Shown piece by piece: positions 29,389-36,926 of a stretch of 64,000 bases of DNA. Each line of letters opens with the position of its first letter. Position 1 is the first letter of the stretch. This stretch comes from an uncultured Clostridia bacterium (GTDB lineage: Bacteria > Bacillota > Clostridia > JAAYHZ01), in NCBI GenBank assembly GCA_937894465.1, contig CALCRE010000133.1, positions 2,772 to 66,771 of the forward strand. The letters run 5' to 3'. The position numbers and the translations under genes were made by a program. The notes under the pieces were generated by a model that did not search any database, was not told where the DNA came from, and was given only the letters and a program-made list of their open reading frames with translations.

Positions 29389-29535
29389 TCAATCATACAG
29401 GGTGCTCCGAAGAACAATAACCCGCCATGCTTGTCGGTTCATATCGCTTGGAGCCTGTAGTGCAACTTCAGCAATTGATTGGAGTATTTCATCAGAACGC
29501 ACCTCATTTTTAGAACATTTCAGTTGCGTATTCAT
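29389..29535 (-). pseudogene. nitroreductase-family N-terminal fragment (48 codons)
   Basis: Own translation: MNTQLKCSKNEVRSDEILQSIAEVALQAPSDMNRQAWRVIVLRSTLYD*. The APS..N.Q.W...V pattern is the nitroreductase N-terminal signature. The rest of the gene is absent. Confidence 0.55.
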
Positions 29536-29588
29536 CTTAAAAAACGCCTTTCAAATATGCATTATACACTAAATCACTTCGCATGTTG

Positions 29589-30700
29589 TTATATCGTGAC
29601 ACACGGGCATACACAAGGCTTGAAAAGTCATAAAACCCACATTCTGCACCCTTGTATAATTATCAAATGATTTTCCTTTCATACTTCTACATACTAAACG
29701 GGAGTACAGAGTAAAAAAAGTAGCTGTATCCTCGCCACACTTTAAACAGTGCTTGACAAAGAATATGGGATAAAAATTGACTTTAATGCTATAATACTAT
29801 AGCTACTATAAAAATTCATCATATTTTATTGTATCTTGGTATGGTACAATGATTTTAAGGCAATGACTATCACATGACTATAGTTTATGCTTTAAAGGTG
29901 CTTAATGAAAAAAACAGGCTATTACGAAACAGTATACAGAAAAAACGATGCCACAGGTCGTGTCATTATTGATGTTGCTCTTGATGATTATCTTGATTTT
30001 TTTCATGAGTGGGATAACGCATCTTTTAAAAGGCGTGATATACATAGTGAGTTGGCAAGTTTTCTCGATTTATGTTCGGAAGATATTCCTATACAAAAAA
30101 AGCTGGAGATCATTCTCACATTGAAAACAAATGAAATTAGTGAAGAAAAGGAAAATTCCATCCGTACAAGCTATCATAATTACTACAATTCCCTTAGACG
30201 CTTAGAGAATCGCAAGTTTAAAAGGTTCATTCGGATTTCTGTCATTTTACTATTAACTTCAGCGATATTGTTAACCTCCTATGGGTTGTTAGCGGAATAT
30301 AGAGAACATTCTATTTTTTCAAAGGTATTGCTTGAAAGCTTATTAATCGGAGGCTGGGTTTTTACATGGGAAGCGGTGCACATGCTATTTCTTGACATCA
30401 TTGAGCCTTTCCGGACGCGTCGTGAAATAAAGCGCTTTCTTGAGGCGGAACTTTACTTTAAGTACTTGTCATAGTTCAGACAATTTACTGTGTCTTACCC
30501 ATAACTTTTGTCAATGTATGCATACCCCCTGAATCTGCTCCTTCATCTGAATAACCACATTTTTCCCAAAAGGACACGGCATCATCCGAAGTAAGGTAAA
30601 TTTGTTCTACATGGCGAGATAGCAGATCCCGTTCAATTACGTTAATTAGATGTTTTCCATAACCGTTCCGTCTGTACGCATCATCAATATAAAATTCTCT
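29589..30700. repeat. intact copy of the duplicated segment (divergent promoter region, 189-aa ORF, 3' half of GNAT)
   Basis: See 25707-26090. It contains an extended -10 element (TGGTACAAT, 29841-29849) ahead of the 189-aa ORF. Confidence 0.8.
29905..30474 (+). CDS. hypothetical membrane protein (2 TM in the C-terminal half)
   Basis: 189-aa ORF. Its last 18 codons (RREIKRFLEAELYFKYLS) recur as RREIKRFLKANLNFKYLS at 25811-25867, where the body of the ORF is deleted. Confidence 0.5.
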   Translation: MKKTGYYETVYRKNDATGRVIIDVALDDYLDFFHEWDNASFKRRDIHSELASFLDLCSEDIPIQKKLEIILTLKTNEISEEKENSIRTSYHNYYNSLRRLENRKFKRFIRISVILLLTSAILLTSYGLLAEYREHSIFSKVLLESLLIGGWVFTWEAVHMLFLDIIEPFRTRREIKRFLEAELYFKYLS

Positions 30701-30961
30701 GATAAAGCCCCAACCGGGACGTTTGCACCAATCACTCTCCGGTGTATCTATTTGATAAATTGCAAATCCGATCACGTCATCATTCAAAACAAGCATGGAT
30801 ATAAAAACAACATCTTTGCTCCATTGTTCAAGAATGAAGGAACACACTTTTTCTTTCAATATCTTTTCAGATAATTCCACCTTCAAATCCTTCTGAAAGT
30901 ATTGAACAAACATATCTTGCCACACCGACTTCATGGAGTTGTCATAATTTTTTACTTTCAT
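30485..30961 (-). CDS. GNAT-family N-acetyltransferase
   Basis: 158-aa ORF with motif A (RRNGYGKHLINVIERDL). Confidence 0.75.
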   Translation of the reverse strand: MKVKNYDNSMKSVWQDMFVQYFQKDLKVELSEKILKEKVCSFILEQWSKDVVFISMLVLNDDVIGFAIYQIDTPESDWCKRPGWGFIREFYIDDAYRRNGYGKHLINVIERDLLSRHVEQIYLTSDDAVSFWEKCGYSDEGADSGGMHTLTKVMGKTQ

Positions 30962-31021
30962 TGTTTTTCTTCTCCCGTCAAAACATCTTCAACATCTTCA
31001 ATACCTTAGCAGAGCGTTCTT

Positions 31022-32194
31022 CTAAAAGTAACTGACTTTAATCCTCTTACCCATCTTTTTAAGGCATGCTGAGAGTTCTTCCGCTATATTCATCTTTATA
31101 CTGAAGTTAATCGGCAAATCGGGGTTTTGATGAGCCGGATTGATGGCTCTGCCCACATAAAAGTTTATATCAGTTGCCTCTTCAAACAGCATTCGGCATA
31201 TCTTGGAAGCTCCGTCCTGCTTGAAACCCCAATACTCATACAGTTCATTTTTTTTCAAAGCATCCTTTGCATACTCAAGCACTTTGCTCATTGTAACAAT
31301 GCCTTCTGTAACCAGATCCACACCTTCGATCTCCCCCGTGGGGGGTACTTCGGAATACTCATATGCCAATCCGGTCTTGAGGGGTTTTCCCAGATAATTC
31401 GCTGCAATGGAAGCGGTTGTGCCACCACAAACAATATGTTTGCCTTCTTTAGAGAAGAACAACGACATCATTCGGTTACAATCATCGCGGTTGGCAGGAG
31501 GCCCAAACAAAAGATTCATCGGCTCACGCTTACGAATACGAATCACACATGCAGTGGCATCATCACCCGGTTGTTCTTGATACAATCTATTGCATTCATC
31601 TACAAGTATGGTGGAAAGTGTTTTTGCTGTATATCCACCCTGAGCAATGGTTTTTATGTAATCAGCAATATCCCCGCGCTTCCAACCGAAATTGAAAGCA
31701 GTCCCGATCCCGGCGTGGGGACAACCGTCGCTCATGGCAATAATAATGTCATCTTCTTTCAATTTGACGACGGATTTATAAATTGTCTTACCTCCAACAA
31801 TCATCTCGTTTTTCGAATAGTCATAGTTCTCGAAATCCCGAAGCAAAATGACATGGGGATTGTCGTACTGAATCAATTCTGCCGTCGTATTGTCAATCAA
31901 GTAAATAATGGTGAATGTAGAATATGCCAAACCTCGAACAGAGCAAACAGGAAGTGTTGCAGCAATTGTAGAAACACATTCTTCAAGGGGAAGCCCCGCT
32001 GCAATCATGGTAGAGATAATCTTGGAGGTCAAGGTGGATAAAATACTGGCCTTCACTCCACTTCCAAGCCCGTCTGCAAGGACAATCACCGTAGAATTTT
32101 CGTCTTGTTCAACAATCTCCACATGGTCACCGCAAAGCTGTTCCCCTGCATGGTTAATACTTTTATAGCCGATATCCGCACACAAATTATTCAT
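31022..32194 (-). CDS. SpoIIE/PP2C-family serine/threonine phosphatase with a C-terminal domain of unknown function
   Basis: 390-aa ORF with PP2C metal-binding contexts (GDHVEIV, ADGLGSGVKAS, MSDGCPHAG). It overlaps the hydrogenase-like gene by 8 nt. Confidence 0.75.
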   Translation of the reverse strand: MNNLCADIGYKSINHAGEQLCGDHVEIVEQDENSTVIVLADGLGSGVKASILSTLTSKIISTMIAAGLPLEECVSTIAATLPVCSVRGLAYSTFTIIYLIDNTTAELIQYDNPHVILLRDFENYDYSKNEMIVGGKTIYKSVVKLKEDDIIIAMSDGCPHAGIGTAFNFGWKRGDIADYIKTIAQGGYTAKTLSTILVDECNRLYQEQPGDDATACVIRIRKREPMNLLFGPPANRDDCNRMMSLFFSKEGKHIVCGGTTASIAANYLGKPLKTGLAYEYSEVPPTGEIEGVDLVTEGIVTMSKVLEYAKDALKKNELYEYWGFKQDGASKICRMLFEEATDINFYVGRAINPAHQNPDLPINFSIKMNIAEELSACLKKMGKRIKVSYF

Positions 32195-33869
32195 CGGATA
32201 TGGACTCCTTTAGCTTGGTAAGAGCAATTTTGGTTTCTGCAGCCGTCTCTCCGAGTAATGAGGCAATCTCCTGCACGATACGCATCTGCTTTTCAACCAC
32301 CTTGTCGGCAATATCAACAGTTTGGCGGCTAATGACCTCCTTGCGTTCTCGAGCATGTTCCGCATCGGTCACGTCCCGCATAATACAGATCAACATCCGA
32401 TAACTCTTGTTATAAACAATGGTCTGCTTTACATATTTATTATATTCAGCAAGGTAAACAAGCTTATTATGCATGCTTTTACCTTGTTCGAGCACATCCA
32501 GAAATTCTAAAGGATGAAGGATACGCACAACAGGCTCTCCTAATACATCCTCTGCAGAGCGGATGTTCATAATCTTCATGGCTGCACGGTTGATCTTTTG
32601 AACCTCTAATTTTTCGTTGACAACAATCAAGCCGTTAGGGGTATTTTCAACAATATTATCAGAAAAGCTTTCGGCTTTATCTTTTAAATAAGGCATGCAC
32701 ATGGAAATTTCAGCTTTTCCTTGATAGATGGCAATGGCTTTATCACGGCATGTATTATATCCACAAGAGGAACAGTTTAACTCATCTTCAGGGGTATTCT
32801 TGCCCATTTGAAGAAGGATCTCAGTAATTTCATCTTGGTTTGGTTCCTTCAATTCTTGTTCAATCAACGTAAATGTCTTTCGAAGTGTCAGAGCATCCGG
32901 CTGTTCCACATCAAAATCCTTGCACCCGGCATAACCGGCTACTGCCAAATAATCCTTCACAGGAGAAGGATGGAACTTTTCCATGATGGGGCCTCCTATA
33001 CAACTACCAACACAAGCGGACATTTCTATAAAGCAGTTATGTATTTTACCTCTTTCAATATCTTTAAGAGCGTTAATACATTTATCCACACCGTCTATTG
33101 CCAAGTAATTGGTTTTGGAATAATCTTTATACATGGTTTTCAATATTCCACCGGAAGTGGGGAAAAACCTGGCACGGCTGTTTTCATCATTGTCCATATG
33201 TTGATTCGGTTGGATACCTTCTTCTTTCATCCATCGAGTCAGTTCATCAAATGTAAGAACAGCATCCACAAACCCTTTGTAATGAGCAGCTTCATCCTTT
33301 TTAGCAACACAAGGGCTGACAAATACAGTTTTTGCATTGGGATATCGTGTCTTTATATTTAAGCAATGCGCTTGCATGGGGGATAGCACATCAGCAAGAT
33401 AGGGTAGTAGACTCGGGAAGTGTTTTTGAATGAGTAAATTCACGGAATGGCAACAAGAAGTAATGATAATATCTGAGTTTTCCTCATTGATCATTCGCTC
33501 ATATTCCTTTTTCACAATAGTTGCACCAATTGCAGTTTCCTCCACATCGAAAAAGCCCAGTTGCTTGATTGCGGCACGAATTGCATTGATGCCCACTCCA
33601 TCATAGTTTGCTATAAATGACGGGGCAAGGCTCACAAATACCGGATCACCACTTTGCAAAAGAACCTTCACTTTTTCAGTTTCATCAACTATTTGTTTTG
33701 CATCTTGCGGGCAGGCTACAAAACATTGACCGCATAAAATACACTCATTCCCGATTATGTATGCCTGATTGCCGGAGAATCGAATGGATTTAACCGAGCA
33801 ATGACGGATGCATTTATAGCAGTTTTTGCAATTGGATTTTTTAAGAGTCAAACAATCAGTCATATACAT
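32187..33869 (-). CDS. hydS: sensory-type [FeFe]-hydrogenase-like protein with ferredoxin N-terminus, extra Cys cluster and PAS domain (group C / HydS-like)
   Basis: 560-aa ORF. Ferredoxin motifs CKNCYKCIRHC and CILCGQCFVACP. H-cluster motif variants TSCCHSV, SPCVAKKDE and EMSACVGSCIGG. Extra cluster CSSCGYNTC...C. PAS-like tail (NTPNGLIVVNEKLEVQKINRAAMKIMN...). Confidence 0.8.
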   Translation of the reverse strand: MYMTDCLTLKKSNCKNCYKCIRHCSVKSIRFSGNQAYIIGNECILCGQCFVACPQDAKQIVDETEKVKVLLQSGDPVFVSLAPSFIANYDGVGINAIRAAIKQLGFFDVEETAIGATIVKKEYERMINEENSDIIITSCCHSVNLLIQKHFPSLLPYLADVLSPMQAHCLNIKTRYPNAKTVFVSPCVAKKDEAAHYKGFVDAVLTFDELTRWMKEEGIQPNQHMDNDENSRARFFPTSGGILKTMYKDYSKTNYLAIDGVDKCINALKDIERGKIHNCFIEMSACVGSCIGGPIMEKFHPSPVKDYLAVAGYAGCKDFDVEQPDALTLRKTFTLIEQELKEPNQDEITEILLQMGKNTPEDELNCSSCGYNTCRDKAIAIYQGKAEISMCMPYLKDKAESFSDNIVENTPNGLIVVNEKLEVQKINRAAMKIMNIRSAEDVLGEPVVRILHPLEFLDVLEQGKSMHNKLVYLAEYNKYVKQTIVYNKSYRMLICIMRDVTDAEHARERKEVISRQTVDIADKVVEKQMRIVQEIASLLGETAAETKIALTKLKESISDE

Positions 33870-34250
33870 TATACTCCCTTCAGCTTTCCAAGCACCTTTT
33901 CTGCGAAAAATTCATGAAACCCTTCCTCGATAACACCGGTATATACGTCATCATCAACAATCACCGTAACACCTTCACGATTACATTTGCCTGCACAAAA
34001 TCTACCTGACAGTGTAATATCGGCACAAATTTCATTTTGTTCAATCATCCTTTGTAACAGCTCTATGATTTGCTGAAAGCCCTTCAGATGACAAGAACTG
34101 CTTACACAGATCCGCATGTTCATATATCACACTTTTTAATAAATTGTTCCCCAAAAAAACATTACTGGTTACAAAACCAACTTTATAGTCAACACACAAA
34201 TTTTTCCTTCACTTGCAGTATGACTTTTAAGCAAACGCCGTATCGATATT
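33824..34250. repeat. direct repeat copy 1 (first 14 codons of hydS, 2Fe-2S gene, its upstream region)
   Basis: By-eye alignment to 35036-35519. The 3' roughly 200 nt of the 2Fe-2S gene and the hydS stub are essentially identical. Divergence and indels are concentrated at the promoter-proximal end. Confidence 0.85.
33869..34123 (-). CDS. small thioredoxin-like [2Fe-2S] ferredoxin-domain protein (copy 1)
   Basis: 84-aa ORF with four Cys (ICVSSSC...FCAGKC). It overlaps the hydS-like start by 1 nt. Confidence 0.7.
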   Translation of the reverse strand: MNMRICVSSSCHLKGFQQIIELLQRMIEQNEICADITLSGRFCAGKCNREGVTVIVDDDVYTGVIEEGFHEFFAEKVLGKLKGV

Positions 34251-34952
34251 GATCGGGGAAAATTCCTGCCAAGTGACATCCTCTTTTTCCGTTTGCTCTT
34301 TAATAAATTGATTAAAGTCTTCTTTTGTAACCGGCTTATCACCAATGGTATAGGAAATAGTAATACCTGTATCCCCTTGACTTGATTGGCTATATCCTAA
34401 AATATCTGTTTTTAAAGTATCCGCATCAAAGCTGATTTTGGCCGATCCGCTATCCGCTGCTCCACTTGAAAATATAAAAGAGCCGTCAGTTTTTAACTGT
34501 TGAAAGCTCCTGATGTAGATCATGTGTCCATAAACCATGTTGCCATCATCATGCAATATGATATAAGCTTCCGGTTCATTGTGTCTGGACAGCTCTAGGA
34601 CCACTTCGGGAACCAAGTCATCATCCATACCAACGATGGTAAAGTGAGTGAGAGTATAAACTGCACCAAGTGCTTCCTTGTCGGTTAAAAAATCATTCAA
34701 GACCATCTTTTTCTTGTTCTGTACGCTAAAAAACTCATCCTCACTTAGCAATACCCCTTTATAGGACTTTAATAAGGAATGCTCCTCAAATGTGCTTGAT
34801 GTCGTTACATCAGAGGTTGTAACTGTAGTGGTCACATCATTTATAGCACTGCTTTGGCTTATGTCAGGCTGTTCTGCGTTCCTATCTCCACATCCGATCA
34901 GGGAGACACACAATACCAATACAAATAGCAATCTTAATATTTTTGTCTTCAT
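34227..34952 (-). CDS. lipoprotein of unknown function
   Basis: 241-aa ORF with a lipobox (LIGC) and a Thr/Ser-rich linker. Its last 8 codons (NIDTAFA*) lie inside the direct repeat. Confidence 0.6.
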   Translation of the reverse strand: MKTKILRLLFVLVLCVSLIGCGDRNAEQPDISQSSAINDVTTTVTTSDVTTSSTFEEHSLLKSYKGVLLSEDEFFSVQNKKKMVLNDFLTDKEALGAVYTLTHFTIVGMDDDLVPEVVLELSRHNEPEAYIILHDDGNMVYGHMIYIRSFQQLKTDGSFIFSSGAADSGSAKISFDADTLKTDILGYSQSSQGDTGITISYTIGDKPVTKEDFNQFIKEQTEKEDVTWQEFSPINIDTAFA

Positions 34953-35035
34953 ATATTCATTACACCTATTACATCCTTTTTATCTTATTAAAAAACAAAA
35001 TCGTAGATATTGATCTCAGGTAATTCCTAAAGACC

Positions 35036-35519
35036 TTTTGCAATTGAATTTTTTAAGAGTCAAACAATCAGTCATATACATTATACTCCCTTCAGCTTTC
35101 CAAGCACCTTTTCTGCGAAAAATTCATGAAACCCTTCCTCGATAACACCGGTATATACGTCATCATCAACAATCACCGTAACACCTTCACGATTACATTT
35201 GCCTGCACAAAATCTACCTGACAGTGTAATATCGGCACAAATTTCATTTTGCTCAATCATCCTTTGTAACAGCTCTATGATTTGCTGAGAGCCCTTCAGA
35301 TGACAAGAACTGCCTACACAGATCTGTATGTTCATATATCACACCTTTTTAATAAATTGTTTCCCCAAAAAAAAGATTACTGGTTACAATTGCGCAACAC
35401 TCTATATATTCTATATAAAATTCGGTCAACTAAACATAGCAAAAACCAACTTTATAGTCAAGACACAAATTTTTCCTTCACTTGCAGTATGACTTTTAAG
35501 CAAACGCCGTATCGATATT
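35036..35519. repeat. direct repeat copy 2 (with an extra insert of about 55 nt)
   Basis: Matches 33824-34250. The extra segment at about 35388-35442 contains, on the minus strand, TTGACC, a 17-nt spacer, then TATAGA. Confidence 0.85.
35081..35335 (-). CDS. small thioredoxin-like [2Fe-2S] ferredoxin-domain protein (copy 2)
   Basis: 84-aa ORF differing from copy 1 at 5 nt. Four differences change the protein (M3I, R4Q, S8G, F16S) and one is synonymous; all fall in the first 28 codons. A 14-codon hydS stub (MYMTDCLTLKKFNC) follows it. Confidence 0.7.
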   Translation of the reverse strand: MNIQICVGSSCHLKGSQQIIELLQRMIEQNEICADITLSGRFCAGKCNREGVTVIVDDDVYTGVIEEGFHEFFAEKVLGKLKGV

Positions 35520-35775
35520 TTCCCAGCTACATCCGGATTCTTATGTCCGTAATGTTTCAAAACCTTTCTTACGGGGTTCTCACATCTCTTAAAGCTTTTG
35601 CAATATCAGCATCTTCATATGTAAACATCGCCAAACGAAGCTCCCCATACCCCTATTTCTTGTTCCGGCGCATTGATTTCTACATAATTCACATAGGCGA
35701 GTAAATATAATCTGAAGGAATCATATGCTCATTGGATACACCAAAGATCAACATAACCATATATGCACTCTCCTA

Positions 35776-36522
35776 TTATAAAGGGCAATGATATCTCCGT
35801 TTTCCCTTGCTTGCGCTACCATATTCTATTGCTTGTGTCGGGCAATCACAAATGCAAGCCATGCAATGGGTACAATTGTTAGCCCAAATCGGCTTTTCAT
35901 CTTCCAAATAAATATTGTCCAATGGGCAAGCATCAACGCAAATTCCGCATCCAATACAAGAATCGGTAACAAGAAATTTTCTAGCATGAACAAAAAGTAG
36001 ATAAAACCCGGTATTTATGATACCGCTTTTTAGGTGATCCGTGATGCCCACTTTCTTTTCATGCAAGTATCCGCCTTCTTTGATTTCTTTTGCAATCTGC
36101 GAAATCACCGGAGCTGCATGTATTACAATCTGAATGGACTCTTCTTCCGACGGTATATTGAACATTGCAATATAGTTTTCAGGCATAACAACAGAGTCAC
36201 AGCCCATGTATACAAATTGTTTATCCTTACACAACTGTTCCAAATATTTACCTGCATTTCCATTGTCGTCACCACAGGTCATTATAAAATATGCTTTTTT
36301 GTTGCCGGTAAAGTCTGTGGAACGAATCCATTCCTCAACAACCTTAGGTATTCTCCACGCATATGTAGGAACCACAAAAACCAAGGGATCGCCTGAATGG
36401 ATTTTAGCTTTTTCTTGTTTTTTGATGCTATCTTTTATGGAGTAAAGAAAAAAACCTGTTTTATCCGCAATAATCTTTGCTACATATTCACTGTTTCCTG
36501 TTCCGGAGAAGTAAAGTATCAT
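35776..36522 (-). CDS. flavodoxin-like domain fused to a 2x[4Fe-4S] ferredoxin domain (EFR1-type)
   Basis: 248-aa ORF with the N-terminal motif ILYFSGTGNSEYVA. The C-terminus carries CIGCGICVDACP and CTHCMACICDCP. Confidence 0.75.
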   Translation of the reverse strand: MILYFSGTGNSEYVAKIIADKTGFFLYSIKDSIKKQEKAKIHSGDPLVFVVPTYAWRIPKVVEEWIRSTDFTGNKKAYFIMTCGDDNGNAGKYLEQLCKDKQFVYMGCDSVVMPENYIAMFNIPSEEESIQIVIHAAPVISQIAKEIKEGGYLHEKKVGITDHLKSGIINTGFYLLFVHARKFLVTDSCIGCGICVDACPLDNIYLEDEKPIWANNCTHCMACICDCPTQAIEYGSASKGKRRYHCPL

Positions 36523-36541
36523 CGTTCTTTCCTTTTGTCAT

Positions 36542-36838
36542 TTATTTTTTTACGCTCATACCAACAATCATACCGAATAGCATACCCAAACTAATACCAA
36601 GTGAAAGGGGAATGACTCCTAAAGAACTCAGTGCAACACCAATACACATTCCAAGACTCATACCTAGTGCCATATGATTTTCCTGCCCTTTATCATCCGA
36701 TTGTTCTTCTTCATTTTGTTCTGACCGATTCTTGCTCTCTATTGAACCCGTCTTCTTTTTTGAAAAAATGACCACAATAATGGCTAGTGCAAGTCCGATC
36801 ACAATCCAAGGCAAAGTACTTTCTATAAATTCCACCAT
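36542..36838 (-). CDS. small membrane protein with acidic linker and glycine-zipper C-terminus
   Basis: 98-aa ORF with an N-terminal TM helix and a charged linker (NEEEQSDDKGQE). The C-terminus is GMSLGMCIGVALSSLGVIPLSLGISLGMLFGMIVGMSV. Confidence 0.5.
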   Translation of the reverse strand: MVEFIESTLPWIVIGLALAIIVVIFSKKKTGSIESKNRSEQNEEEQSDDKGQENHMALGMSLGMCIGVALSSLGVIPLSLGISLGMLFGMIVGMSVKK

Positions 36839-36926
36839 GAATCATTCCTCGATGAGTTTTTATATATTTACAATCCAACCATATTCATTATATCAAAGAT
36901 GAACGAAACATTGGTAATGAATTCTT

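Noticed and set aside
25707-30961. Integron-like or cassette-array interpretation of the run of small co-oriented GNAT, NUDIX and DUF genes with repeated elements.
   Set aside because: There is no integrase and no attC-like imperfect palindromes between the genes. The repeats align as one decayed segmental duplication rather than per-cassette recombination sites.
31127-32041. Long antisense ORFs. Examples are the 304-aa ORF on the plus strand opposite the PP2C gene, 32808-33362 opposite hydS, 28964-29374 and 28573-28929 opposite the DUF1801 and small genes, and 45958-46368 opposite the GGDEF gene.
   Set aside because: Each lies entirely inside a minus-strand ORF that carries clear family motifs. 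Their translations are low-complexity or Ser/Cys/Arg-rich with no motifs and no RBS. Such shadow ORFs are expected, especially in the GC-richer segments.
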